Virus record (IMG/VR): IMGVR_UViG_3300025010_000048
Span: 8,331-72,330 of that record
Origin: a virus
Strand: one strand, 5' to 3'
DNA length: 64,000 nt
Part shown: piece after piece, positions 8,880 to 18,839 of the stretch
How the letters are laid out: every line of letters begins with the position of its first letter
Position numbering within the stretch: the first letter of the stretch is position 1
The notes under the pieces: generated by a model
What the model was told of the DNA's origin: nothing
Seen by the model: only the letters and a program-made list of their open reading frames with translations
Databases searched by the model: none
Made by a program: the position numbers and the translations under genes

Positions 8880-10526
8880 TTACATTCCGTAGAATCCCGG
8901 TAATCCTTCTTGTTCCTCATCGTCCTCATCTTCTGCCCATTGTTCCATTGACTGAGCATTCAACCTTCTGCCCTTATCTTGACCAGGGAGAAAGGGAATG
9001 CTGTCGTTATTCTTAAAGGCAGTAGTCATATGAATATGTACTCCGATAGCACACATTATAATTACATCATCATGCTGCCCACCCCTTGCCGCTTCTTTTC
9101 CGTTTGGGTGTCGGACAAAATTCATCGCTTCATCAACAAAGCGTTTCCAATAACACTCGAATACTCCTTCACGCACAACCTTTTTAATGGCATCAACGAT
9201 TAACGGACGAGTCTTAGGAGTTGTATACCATCCTAGCTTCTGCCTTGTTTGGTCGCTGCGCTTATCGTAAACTTGCGTTCTGTATATATCATAGTAAACA
9301 CGTTTAAGGTGACTGATTGTAGTTAGACCATGATTATTGCCCTCCGGTACTAGCATAGGCAGACCGTAGTATACGGCTAGTCTGTGCATATAGTCGGCTA
9401 AAACGTCCGGTTCAACGTGTCCATGATAGACAGCATCTAACCTTAATCTATGCCGGTTAACAACGCCCACAGCATCGAAGTCGCCATGCTCTAAACCTTC
9501 GGCAACGTCAGCAGGTATTAGATATTCCGCGCCCTTCTCAGGATGGAACCATATCTCGTATTCGCCCTTTTCTTCGGGTTGCCAATAGACTTGTACCTTT
9601 GCCGGACTTGTCCATATGAGGTTTCCACGCTCGCCGGGATAGCAGTTCTTCTGCATTTCAGCTATTCTGCCGATATTAAAAGAACATTTACCGGGCATAA
9701 TAAAACGCCCATATTTCCGCGCTTCTAACTCCGCCTCATCCATAGACGCTTCAAGGCGTTTCTTTTCATTTGCTGATAAATAAGGGTTATCGTTCCATTC
9801 AACCATTATCAAGAATATTTCATCGTCACGTTTTTCAATAGGTTTCGAGTCATTAAGATAGATGTCGTTATATACCCATGTCATACCTTGTAGCGGAGTC
9901 ATTGTTCCAAATAAATCACCCTCGGTATCCATAAGGCGCATCATTATTTCCGTGTATATATCCTTGGGACTTTCTTCGTCAAGCCACGCCCAATGCTGAG
10001 ATGAACCTTGAAACTTCTCTCTGCCTTGGTCGTAGGACTTAAATCCGATAATCCCACCCCCGACAAGGCGTATAGTGTCGATAATGCCTGTACTGCGGTA
10101 GGTTATCTTTTTAATCTCCCTTAATGGCAATAATCCAGGTATTCCGGTTTCAACATCACCCAATATTTTCTTTTGAGTAACGTCCCTTTGTACCTCGAAG
10201 GATACTGAACATACCCAACCACGGGTAGGTTTTCCGCCAAAACGAGTTATCAGAGGTTCGTACTTCTCTCTTAAATCATCCGGCCAATCTATAAGATAAG
10301 GGCGTATTCTCTCACCTAATGCAAGGAATACTGCCCTAATTGCGCCAGATTCCGTTTTTCCTGTACGATTCCCACCCAGTATCCAGCTATTCCTTTTATT
10401 GGATAATAGAAACTTTTCTTGCTTATCGTAGGGCCGGATAAAACGAATATGTTCTTCTTTTTGCCGCCGTTCTAGTTCATTAATAAACCGTAACGCTTCT
10501 TTTTCCTTTGCTGTTAGTTTTGCCAT
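8880..10526 (-). CDS. terL: Terminase large subunit
   Basis: Walker A GGNRTGKT, Walker B WAWLDEE, TMTP coupling motif, nuclease DVAEG...HDD. Confidence 0.95.
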   Translation of the reverse strand: MAKLTAKEKEALRFINELERRQKEEHIRFIRPYDKQEKFLLSNKRNSWILGGNRTGKTESGAIRAVFLALGERIRPYLIDWPDDLREKYEPLITRFGGKPTRGWVCSVSFEVQRDVTQKKILGDVETGIPGLLPLREIKKITYRSTGIIDTIRLVGGGIIGFKSYDQGREKFQGSSQHWAWLDEESPKDIYTEIMMRLMDTEGDLFGTMTPLQGMTWVYNDIYLNDSKPIEKRDDEIFLIMVEWNDNPYLSANEKKRLEASMDEAELEARKYGRFIMPGKCSFNIGRIAEMQKNCYPGERGNLIWTSPAKVQVYWQPEEKGEYEIWFHPEKGAEYLIPADVAEGLEHGDFDAVGVVNRHRLRLDAVYHGHVEPDVLADYMHRLAVYYGLPMLVPEGNNHGLTTISHLKRVYYDIYRTQVYDKRSDQTRQKLGWYTTPKTRPLIVDAIKKVVREGVFECYWKRFVDEAMNFVRHPNGKEAARGGQHDDVIIMCAIGVHIHMTTAFKNNDSIPFLPGQDKGRRLNAQSMEQWAEDEDDEEQEGLPGFYGM

Positions 10527-10541
10527 GTTGTCACCTAAACG

Positions 10542-11270
10542 CTATGCAGTAGCCAACGTACCTTCCAACTGAACCATAAACGCCGGTGGGTTAGCATTTG
10601 TGCCGTTAGTAATAGAAAACTTAACTATCTCACCTGCCGCCAATATCTTGTAGGTTGCGGATAATGCGCCTAAACTTGCCGCCGTACCGGATGCCGGAAA
10701 CGCTGTTCCAGTATTGTATGTTTTGGTAACGATAGCACTTGAACCATTCTTAACCACGACAACGCAGGTATTAGAATCGTCAATACCTGCCGGTGCGCCC
10801 TGAGATAGTACTTTAATGTCGGTTAATGTTAGTGCGTAACCAGTAGGTATTACCAGTAGTGGTCTATCTGCTATGTCTGCATCTGCTGATAAATCCTCAA
10901 TTTGATAGGAGAATATTTTAGCATTAGCAGCGTTTAGTTGCGCTGCGGTTATAGTGGAACTTGCTAGTTTATTTAACTCTGCAGCGGTTGCTGTAACCGA
11001 AGTTCCTGCAGCTGCACCTAGTTTTAAGTCTGCTACTGCCAATACATCTACGTTTTTATTGGTTCCTAAAACGAGTGCCTTACCTGCTACCGCTGTACCG
11101 GCAACTGATGTGTCGATTAAATTAAGTTCTGCTGCCGATGCGGTTACTGCTGTACCGGATTGATATAGCACACCTGTTGGACCTGCTACCTGTACCTCTG
11201 CACCTTCTGGACCGGCGAATAATCCTTCTTCGCCGGATGGTTTGCCGATGTGTGTATATTCTTTTGCCAT
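10542..11270 (-). CDS. Putative virion structural protein
   Basis: Ala/Thr-rich, repeated VTA(S/T)AAELN. Confidence 0.5.
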   Translation of the reverse strand: MAKEYTHIGKPSGEEGLFAGPEGAEVQVAGPTGVLYQSGTAVTASAAELNLIDTSVAGTAVAGKALVLGTNKNVDVLAVADLKLGAAAGTSVTATAAELNKLASSTITAAQLNAANAKIFSYQIEDLSADADIADRPLLVIPTGYALTLTDIKVLSQGAPAGIDDSNTCVVVVKNGSSAIVTKTYNTGTAFPASGTAASLGALSATYKILAAGEIVKFSITNGTNANPPAFMVQLEGTLATA

Positions 11271-11283
11271 TGATTGTTCCTCC

Positions 11284-11619
11284 TTAGAATGTTAATTTAT
11301 TATCCTTAAGTACCTGATATAATCCTGCTTCGAGTGCCGTTATTTGCCGATGTTCTAAATTAATTTCAAGACTTTGATTAATTGCCTCAATTATCTCATG
11401 CAGAAAAGTTGATTCAATCTGACTTTGAGTTTTATTTTTATTTACTCGGATAGTATTGGTGTTTGGATTCATGCTACCATAATTGCTTGTTTCGTTATCG
11501 TCAAGCATAATGACTTTGAAATCATGCCCAAGGATTTTAAGGCTATTTGGTATTTTAGGGCCAATCCATTCACATGCCAATCCTTCCGGAAATTTATGCT
11601 CAGAGCAATTCATGCACAT
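11284..11619 (-). CDS. Phage metallopeptidase-like protein
   Basis: TFLHEIIEA (HExxE variant of HExxH). Confidence 0.6.
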   Translation of the reverse strand: MCMNCSEHKFPEGLACEWIGPKIPNSLKILGHDFKVIMLDDNETSNYGSMNPNTNTIRVNKNKTQSQIESTFLHEIIEAINQSLEINLEHRQITALEAGLYQVLKDNKLTF

Positions 11620-11646
11620 TCTTTACACCGTCCTCGGTATTTTTAT

Positions 11647-11913
11647 TTAACAGTCCCATTTATCCAGGGCTAATTTCTTCCTCGTTGGTCTGCCCTTTTC
11701 ATCCTTCATAGGTCCCGGCATACCACCCATACGAGCACAGAAGGACTTTCTTCTTGCCGCTGATTTAGGTGATTTTTTAGCTTGTTCCTTAGATACGGGA
11801 GGTTTAAGATTACTGCCGGGGTTTTCTTTTTCGTAGGACTTACGACCTTTCTCTGTTAATCCTCCAGTTTTACTTTTCCCTTCTGCCCTAGTCCAAGCAG
11901 GAGTTTTAGGCAT
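11647..11913 (-). CDS. Small basic phage protein (DUF6321-like)
   Basis: AWTRAEGK...GGLTEKGR...RRKSFCARM...WDC. Confidence 0.7.
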   Translation of the reverse strand: MPKTPAWTRAEGKSKTGGLTEKGRKSYEKENPGSNLKPPVSKEQAKKSPKSAARRKSFCARMGGMPGPMKDEKGRPTRKKLALDKWDC

Positions 11914-11929
11914 ATTGTCACCACCTGTT

Positions 11930-12373
11930 TTAGTCTATAAATTTAGGTATCAATAAACCACTTTCCGTTTCCTCTACATATATATCTATATCATTTACAA
12001 CATCATCAACGGTAACAGACTTAGTTATCTTTGGACTACTATCACAACTTGTATCAGACTCCATATTGATATACTCGTATTCGGAGAATCCTTCGCACAA
12101 TAATTCATCTTGCCTACCATATACTCCATCTACATATAGATTGCCGTTACTCTCCGAACAATGATCATCTGACCATGCAAACCAATCATGTCCTTCATGT
12201 TCAATAAGACATTTATGGAAATTTTGATTCTTAGACAAACTCTTGTTTTCACCATCTAAGGCATCGTATTCTTTAATTGTTCCTACATGATCAAGCCAAC
12301 TTAAATATGAACCATATCCAAGATAATAAGTCTTTTTGCAGTCAACACAGGTGAAATTTCCACTCCTACCCAT
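11930..12373 (-). CDS. Hypothetical zinc-binding protein
   Basis: CVDC...EHEGH. Confidence 0.55.
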   Translation of the reverse strand: MGRSGNFTCVDCKKTYYLGYGSYLSWLDHVGTIKEYDALDGENKSLSKNQNFHKCLIEHEGHDWFAWSDDHCSESNGNLYVDGVYGRQDELLCEGFSEYEYINMESDTSCDSSPKITKSVTVDDVVNDIDIYVEETESGLLIPKFID

Positions 12374-12454
12374 ACACTACACCCCTGTTCTCAGTGGTCT
12401 CGGAATTTATAGAGAAATTTTTAAAAATTTTAGGTTGCCGGAAAAATGGTTTTT

Positions 12455-12751
12455 CTAATCTGAAATGGGGATGGGGTGGTACTGTAATTCCGCTATCCTT
12501 AACTCTATGTCATTCTTAATAATGTTCATTGCATCATCGAATCTGCCGTTAACAATAACCTCTCTGCCGATAGATATGTTAATATCGTACCTGTCGGATG
12601 ACTGGTTCTTAGATGCAGTAACCTTAATAAAGTCAGATAGGTATAGTTCATTTGTAGGTTTCTGGGAATATAGTTCGTTGACATACTTATCAAACGACTT
12701 CTTTATTTCGGGAGATAGTTCTTTTTGCCAGTTAGATGATGTTAGCACATT
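12455..12751 (-). CDS. Hypothetical protein
   Basis: ORF with GGAGG RBS; exact start uncertain. Confidence 0.45.
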   Translation of the reverse strand, partial: NVLTSSNWQKELSPEIKKSFDKYVNELYSQKPTNELYLSDFIKVTASKNQSSDRYDINISIGREVIVNGRFDDAMNIIKNDIELRIAELQYHPIPISD

Positions 12752-13087
12752 GACACCTCCGTTCTCGGTTGATGGATAATGGATGTTTTAATATGAATGA
12801 TATAGATTGTTGATAAAATTTATAAATTGGTGTGATCTGTGTTGGTACTATATATACTAATGCAACCCCACCCCCGGTACCGATTGTCTCATAGGGGGGG
12901 TGATCGCACAGGCACAGCTACAGGGCCGGCGCACAGGCCAGCACAATGGTACAATGTAGGTTAACAACCCTAGGGTTGCGACTACTACAAATAATGGTAG
13001 ATTGTCTTTTTGGGGTGGACTACTGCCGGTTTTATTATTGACAGCTTCAAGAAACCCAGTAAACACAAGGCCTACAGCGTTTTAGGT

Positions 13088-13115
13088 AGTTAACATAATA
13101 TTTATTATCGGTACT
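13088..13115. other. dif-like XerC/XerD recombination site
   Basis: Minus strand AGTACCGATAA-TAAATA-TTATGTTAACT: 11-6-11 layout with near-canonical XerD arm. Confidence 0.8.
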
Positions 13116-13118
13116 TAG

Positions 13119-13511
13119 TTATTCTCCTAATACTTCCTTGGCTTTTCGGGCTAATTCTGCAGAAGTGAGTTCCAACTCCACAGGGCCGCCGTCTTTGCCG
13201 GTCAGCTGAAGTTGTTGTGTATCGCTCCAGCCGTGGTTTTTCATCCAAAAAATAGCTCCGGCAGGATTCTTGCCGGAAAACAAGCTAGACTCCACAAAAC
13301 GCTCTACTTTTGCCTTTGCCTTTTTAAGAACGTGTGAAAACTCTTCTACTTCGGACCAATCAATCAGTCCTCGTCTATCCGTCCCAATCGCCAAAGCTAA
13401 TCCTGTAATTGTTAAAGGTTCGCCCTTTTCTTCACACTCAGCAAAATAAGCATCTATTAAAGGTTGCATTTCTTCGCCGCTCTTATATTTTCTCGGTCTA
13501 CCTCCTGGCAT
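13119..13511 (-). CDS. terS: Terminase small subunit (DNA-packaging gp3-like)
   Basis: GRPRKY...PLTITGLALAIG...GAIFWMKN; upstream of terL. Confidence 0.85.
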   Translation of the reverse strand: MPGGRPRKYKSGEEMQPLIDAYFAECEEKGEPLTITGLALAIGTDRRGLIDWSEVEEFSHVLKKAKAKVERFVESSLFSGKNPAGAIFWMKNHGWSDTQQLQLTGKDGGPVELELTSAELARKAKEVLGE

Positions 13512-13659
13512 AACTTCACCTCATCTCAATACTTCTACAAACAAAAAAACTCAGCTCTACCCACAAAGCAGGCAAAACTCAATTCTCAATCAAATTTAAC
13601 CCCTCTCACAGCCCCATACAGCCGAGATAATCATGTTGCAGGTGTTTTGTACCTGCAAG

Positions 13660-14250
13660 TTATCCCTTAGCCATATACGACCGGTTAACGTAATAATGAC
13701 TACCCTTTTTAAACATCACACCGGTATTAATCAACGGATTAACTCTGTTGTAAGCATTTCGCTTAGTCTCTCCGATTTTTTCAGCTATATCATTAATTGT
13801 TAATTTCTCCTTAGTTTTCCGGTCTATTAGTGCACCGCTATGCCAATCAATTAAAGGCGCAACCGATATTAAAAAACCTATATCGTTATAACTGAGTCTG
13901 TCAGCTAATTCCATTAGTTTTTCGTTATACAGTTTAACGTATGTAGGTTTATTTGTGCTTCTTTTTTTTGGAGGGTTTTTATTCTCTCCTTTTTTATGCC
14001 AAAAACCGTAATATTCGTGTTCTATCTCCGCATCTCTAATGTGAATGTATTCAGATTGCTTGTCCGGCGCTTCTTCCCTCGTAAATATAGCTTGTGCGGT
14101 TGTAGCGTTTACACCTAACGGAAATATACCGTTTTCCGGTTTATTATGCCAGACTTCAGCTATCATTTCCCCTGTTTCCGGATCTATAACTTGTCTGCGC
14201 TTTCTGCCATAACCAAAGTCATCATCCAGTATCAAGCATCTTTTAATCAA
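13660..14250 (-). CDS. RepL-like / winged-HTH protein
   Basis: YVKLY...C-terminal HTH ending YYVNRSY. Confidence 0.5.
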   Translation of the reverse strand: MIKRCLILDDDFGYGRKRRQVIDPETGEMIAEVWHNKPENGIFPLGVNATTAQAIFTREEAPDKQSEYIHIRDAEIEHEYYGFWHKKGENKNPPKKRSTNKPTYVKLYNEKLMELADRLSYNDIGFLISVAPLIDWHSGALIDRKTKEKLTINDIAEKIGETKRNAYNRVNPLINTGVMFKKGSHYYVNRSYMAKG

Positions 14251-14478
14251 ACAAAAATCAACTCACTTTTTCGATATATATAATAGCAAATCACACCTTA
14301 AAACCGCAAAACCTTGATATTGCTGGGCTAAAGCCTATTTTAGTTGTGAACGAATCGTTCACATAGTATTTAATACTAGATACATAAAAAATAAGCTAAA
14401 TATACATAATTACAACTTCCCCATATTAATATAATACTGCATGTAGTAAATTACTACCCTATACGGTAATTGAAAAAC

Positions 14479-14928
14479 TCACAAAGCAACACTTCCAAAC
14501 AGCTGCACCGCAAACCTATGTATAGCACTTTTCCGCAAATTATAGATGCTACGTTCCGTGCTGTAGTTCAGTTTCTCCGCGATCTTCTCCTTGGTCAACT
14601 GGTCTATATACCACATTCTCAATACTTGTCCAAAAAGCTGACACTTATCCGTCCGCGATATCGCCTCCAAAGTCTCATCAATCTCCTTAAGCTGTTGCGC
14701 TGTCAATTCCCGATTCTCCTGCAACTCCACAATATTATAAAACAAAAAGCCGGTATTATCGTTTCTACTCCCTCTTACTCCGGTTTCGTCCAAAATAGCT
14801 GCTCGCATCTGCCGGGGACAAGTAGACATAGACAATCTCCGGATCTGCCTGTCCATATTTTCCACGGCCAACTGCATGTCCACATAAAACTCTAAAACTT
14901 TCTCCGCCTGCTCAATATAATCTATCAT
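14479..14928 (-). CDS. Late transcriptional activator (ArpU/RinA-like)
   Basis: C-terminal IAEKLNYS...YNLRKSAIHRFA sigma4-like HTH; upstream of terS. Confidence 0.75.
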   Translation of the reverse strand: MIDYIEQAEKVLEFYVDMQLAVENMDRQIRRLSMSTCPRQMRAAILDETGVRGSRNDNTGFLFYNIVELQENRELTAQQLKEIDETLEAISRTDKCQLFGQVLRMWYIDQLTKEKIAEKLNYSTERSIYNLRKSAIHRFAVQLFGSVAL

Positions 14929-15285
14929 TTTACTCCTCCAATATTATCAGCTAAATATATCTATATTATATATATTTTTCAGCGAAATCTCAATAATCAG
15001 CACCGGCAAGTTAATAAGACAGTTAATAAACCGCTAACCATGCGGTTTATTCTTTTTACCTTCACCCGCAACAAAAAACACCCTCCACAACAGCCTCATA
15101 TAGCCACACAAAACACCCTTCAAGTAGTTTTATACCTGCAATTCCTGTTTGACGTTCTGAAAGCTATTTTAAGGCATTTGTCTTGTTTCTTCTATTATAT
15201 GCGGCGAAAAGTTTATACAATACGGTATTTACACCATAACGATATAGTAGTATTATATATCTATCATCAAAAAGGAGTTGATTAA

Positions 15286-15474
15286 ATGGCAGTAGGTCCA
15301 AACACAACGCAGATAACTTTTTACGTCAGCAAAGACTTAAAAGAGCGAGTCAAGCGGGCAGTCGAAAAATTAAATAATTCCGAATTGGGTAAAGTTTCCA
15401 TAGGTACGATCGGCACAATAGCCCTGGAACAATACCTCGCAAGCCTTGAAAACACTACAAAAACTCAGGGATAA
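15286..15474 (+). CDS. Ribbon-helix-helix regulator
   Basis: AGGAG RBS; QITFYVSKDLKERV. Confidence 0.6.
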   Translation: MAVGPNTTQITFYVSKDLKERVKRAVEKLNNSELGKVSIGTIGTIALEQYLASLENTTKTQG

Positions 15475-15504
15475 AAATTCCCTGATAATTTTTTAAATAA
15501 AGTG

Positions 15505-15536
15505 TTGACACTGTGTTTATACTGTGATAATATAAT
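15505..15536 (+). promoter_or_regulatory. Sigma-A promoter of early small-gene region
   Basis: TTGACA-17 nt-TAATAT, AT-rich upstream element. Confidence 0.65.
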
Positions 15537-15575
15537 AATCAAGAACAGCGAGACACAAACGAAGGGGGAAACGAA

Positions 15576-15788
15576 ATGACCAATAAAGAATTAAAACAGC
15601 AGGCATTAGACCTAAAACTGCAAATGAGTCGCCGCCGGGTGGCATGTGCTAACGGTAACGACATAATAAAGTTAATGCAATGTCACCAAGCAGGAGACTA
15701 CGCACCAATGCAAGAAACCAAACTATATAATAAATACTCCGGCGAATACTGCGAATACTTGGAAATATTAAACAAACAACCTGCCTGA
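15576..15788 (+). CDS. Hypothetical early protein
   Basis: GGGGG RBS. Confidence 0.6.
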   Translation: MTNKELKQQALDLKLQMSRRRVACANGNDIIKLMQCHQAGDYAPMQETKLYNKYSGEYCEYLEILNKQPA

Positions 15789-15828
15789 CGGGCTGTAGAC
15801 AGCGAAAACGGGGAAACCCGTTAGCAGG
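15780..15828 (+). ncRNA. Type I hammerhead ribozyme-like element (A9G core variant)
   Basis: CCTGC-CTGACGG-GCTG taga CAGC-GAAA-ACGGG gaaa CCCGT-TA-GCAGG. Confidence 0.7.
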
Positions 15829-15855
15829 ATAAACTAAATACGAGGGGGATAAAAA

Positions 15856-16071
15856 ATGATAAAAAGAATTTTTAACGGCGAAGGTTACACGATTACATTA
15901 GTAACTGACCTGGGTAATACGGAAATTCCAGGAAGAAGTATAACTGAAATAGAAGTACCGGAAGGCGCACAATTTAACTCAGATAACTTCTATATACATG
16001 AGGACGGGTTGTGGTACGCTAAAACAGAAGATTGCTTCACCGGCGCAGATATGGAAATCTACTCCGAATAG
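15856..16071 (+). CDS. Hypothetical early protein
   Basis: GAGGGG RBS. Confidence 0.6.
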   Translation: MIKRIFNGEGYTITLVTDLGNTEIPGRSITEIEVPEGAQFNSDNFYIHEDGLWYAKTEDCFTGADMEIYSE

Positions 16072-16129
16072 TCGAAACCGGGGCAACCTGGTCAGCAGGA
16101 ATGGCTACCTGCTCTGAGGATGACAGCCA
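16071..16129 (+). ncRNA. Type II hammerhead ribozyme with pseudoknot
   Basis: GTC-GAAA-CCGGG gcaa CCTGG-TC-AGCAGG aatggcta CCTGCT-CTGAGGA-T-GAC; loop TGGCT pairs with 3' AGCCA. Confidence 0.85.
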
Positions 16130-16314
16130 ACCAACAAGCTACCAGGCGAGGCGTTCCCTGGATGCAAGACAGTATCACCAAGCAGCACAGCGCACCGACA
16201 GCAGCAAACTAGGCGCAACGTCCAAGTACAGGTCTTTGACAACTACACAAGTAGGCGGTTTAGGTTTTACCTGAGGGCGCGACTTTGAGGTAAAACTTAA
16301 AAGGGGGAATTAGA

Positions 16315-16557
16315 ATGATGTTATTGTGGGTAAATGAAAGAGGTAAAGGCGAAGATGGAGCAGCAGGTTATAAGGTAGACAGTATTGAAGATGCAGTAAA
16401 GAAATTTATCAAGATGTTTCCTTACGACAACATAGTTGGTTATGTTGCAGATGATAAAAGTCATGACAAAAGAACAATCTTTGTAAGTAAAAATAAGTTT
16501 AAGAGGATGGTCAGAAAAGAGTATGGCGGGGAATTTTACTGTGACATAGTTTTATAA
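16315..16557 (+). CDS. Hypothetical early protein
   Basis: RBS after hairpin. Confidence 0.6.
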   Translation: MMLLWVNERGKGEDGAAGYKVDSIEDAVKKFIKMFPYDNIVGYVADDKSHDKRTIFVSKNKFKRMVRKEYGGEFYCDIVL

Positions 16558-16631
16558 TCTAACCTCACGGTTAGATTTTACCTCTGCATCCTGCCGGGCG
16601 TGGAGGTAAAATCTAAAAGGGAGGTAATGCT

Positions 16632-17039
16632 ATGTATAAAAATTTATATCTGGAAGTATCAGAAAAGACAAGAGGAATCGGCTATCACTACATCGTAACT
16701 GCAGGAGCAACAGCCAACACAGCATTTAAAACAGAGCAAGGTTATAAAAATTTCCTTGAGCGTACAGGTCTTACGCCGGAATTCCAGCAAACAGTCAATA
16801 GTCGTGAATATGGCAAAGTTGACTGCTATAAACTACATGGGAAGTATAATGAAAGATATTTCAAAAGCATGGAAGAAATTCCGCAGGATGCAAAACAATA
16901 TGTCGGACTGTCTAACGGTTCTTATGTTGACTGTTATTATGCCGACGTTGACGAGGTTAGAACCATGTTTTTACCTAACCCAAACTATAAAGAAGTTTAC
17001 AAGCCAAAGGATTACCGCACTTACTCGGTTTTAAATTAG
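16632..17039 (+). CDS. Hypothetical early protein
   Basis: GGAGG RBS, 135 aa. Confidence 0.65.
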   Translation: MYKNLYLEVSEKTRGIGYHYIVTAGATANTAFKTEQGYKNFLERTGLTPEFQQTVNSREYGKVDCYKLHGKYNERYFKSMEEIPQDAKQYVGLSNGSYVDCYYADVDEVRTMFLPNPNYKEVYKPKDYRTYSVLN

Positions 17040-17156
17040 TAAGGGTTAAGCCCTTGTCTAGCTTAAAACTCCCCGGTAGCTGTAGCGAGCAGTAAAACCG
17101 GGGAGCAGGTAAAAATATATTCACCAATATTATAATAAATTATAGGGGGTAACACA

Positions 17157-17549
17157 ATGAGCGCATATGTAGTAGAAAAGAAAACCATTGACCGTATTGT
17201 AACATTTGCCGAAACTAAGGGCGCAGAGCATTTTTGGAGTAGGTACCCGGCAATCCATGAAGTATTTGCAGGTGATTGTAATAAATTAGGTCAAAAACTG
17301 CTAGTTATGAATAATAAGGCGGTTGATGCCAGATACAACGAAAACAACCCAATCGAATTATATAACTATAGCCATACACCAGCAAGTAAAATACAGGTTT
17401 ATAAGTCCATGCAGTGTTTTTTATATCAATGTACGGAGGGAGATATACCAAAATCCAAACTATATAAGGAGTTAGAAGAATTAATTGGTGATTTAGCGGC
17501 AGACATTGTCTATAATCTGCCGGAATACGGAAAAGCACAATGGGGTTAG
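17157..17549 (+). CDS. Hypothetical early protein
   Basis: GGGGG RBS; NxxAVxxRY and CxxYQCxEG motifs. Confidence 0.65.
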   Translation: MSAYVVEKKTIDRIVTFAETKGAEHFWSRYPAIHEVFAGDCNKLGQKLLVMNNKAVDARYNENNPIELYNYSHTPASKIQVYKSMQCFLYQCTEGDIPKSKLYKELEELIGDLAADIVYNLPEYGKAQWG

Positions 17550-17902
17550 AAATACAGGGGTTAGGGGTTAACCATAAACCCCAGTTTTACCTGAGTTATC
17601 CGGCAGGATGGCTGAGTTAAGACTAAGTGAGGGGGGTTATTTTAATGAAAATCATAATTTGTAAAGGCACGGCAAATATACCGGCAAGGTTTTGGTGCTG
17701 GATAGTTTGCGAAGAAGAATTTACTAAGGACATAAAAAATCAAGGATTTGTAAAATCAGAATGTACTAAGTATTTATCCAGAGAGCAATTAAATTTCTTG
17801 AATGACTAGAAGGTTAAAGGTTCGCGGTAATCCATAAACCGCAGTTTTACCAAAGCGTCACAAGAGGGCTTTTTTGTAAAATTAAAATAAGGGGGATTCA
17901 TT

Positions 17903-18229
17903 ATGATTAAATTAACAGTAAAGAAATTAAACGATTTTACCAATGTTTGTCCAGTTATTGCACGTATTGAGGTAACAGAAACTAACCAGGAAATCCCGAC
18001 AACTAACATTTTCAGGCATGACAGAGAAAGTAATAATTTCATGAAAGTTGATTTATCCGGGGACAATGACCAATATCATTATTCCTCTTATGCAGTTGAA
18101 GAAGGATTTATGTCACCCGAAGGAGCCAATGAATTCATTGAAAAAACTCTTGAAGAAATCAGGGAAGAAGTAAATAGACATAGAGGTTGTCAATGGGACG
18201 AAGAATCCGAATATATAGTGAAAATATAG
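17903..18229 (+). CDS. Hypothetical early protein
   Basis: GGGGG RBS. Confidence 0.6.
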   Translation: MIKLTVKKLNDFTNVCPVIARIEVTETNQEIPTTNIFRHDRESNNFMKVDLSGDNDQYHYSSYAVEEGFMSPEGANEFIEKTLEEIREEVNRHRGCQWDEESEYIVKI

Positions 18230-18683
18230 TCTTTCGTTATCTCCTGCAGTGTCAGGGGATGCCGAAGGATTGTAAGAAGAAGAAGGAGGGCAACACTATG
18301 ACAGCAGCATCCGCAAACCGCATTTTAAGGGCCATACGCAGGCAAGAAACGGCGAGAGGTGCAAACGTACCTGAACTACAGAAATACCGTCTTAAAATGT
18401 ACTACCCCGAAATAATATGCGCCAGCACGACTATCCCTGCCGGGTGCAGCAAGGATACAGTCTGGGCAACTTCGCCGCTGGATGCCTTAAAATTCGCCGT
18501 GTCTCATTGGAAGATGGCAGAATGGGTGGAGGTGATAGTATGAAAATCAGACTTATCGGACCGAGAATAATTTCACCTGAGCGCAGGTTATTTGTCGGCT
18601 AACTTATATTTCCATATATTTTTTGCTTGACAGGTGATGCACCAAGCAGTATAATAAGTGCATCACCCATGCAGGAGGAAGTT

Positions 18684-18839
18684 ATGACAATACCAAAAGA
18701 CAAAATACGTATCAGCATAACCTTTCCAAAAACGCTTGCCGCACAACTAAAAAAGCAGGCGGCAGAGGAAGGGAAGGGAATTTCAGAGATTGTTATTAAA
18801 AAAATCATGCCGGGAACGGCGAGGGAGGAAAAATTATGA
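18684..18839 (+). CDS. Ribbon-helix-helix / CopG-like regulator
   Basis: GGAGG RBS; RISITFPKTLAAQLKKQA...SEIV. Confidence 0.6.
   Translation: MTIPKDKIRISITFPKTLAAQLKKQAAEEGKGISEIVIKKIMPGTAREEKL

Noticed and set aside
12860-12905. cos/pac site at C-run/G-run inverted repeat
   Set aside because: Plausible location near terS but cannot be supported without read-end data
16032-16274. 80-aa ORF
   Set aside because: Overlaps the hammerhead and a hairpin, lacks an RBS
17040-17110. Pistol or twister ribozyme
   Set aside because: Superficial TAAGCCC...AGGT similarity, but the required pseudoknots are absent; explained by two simple hairpins
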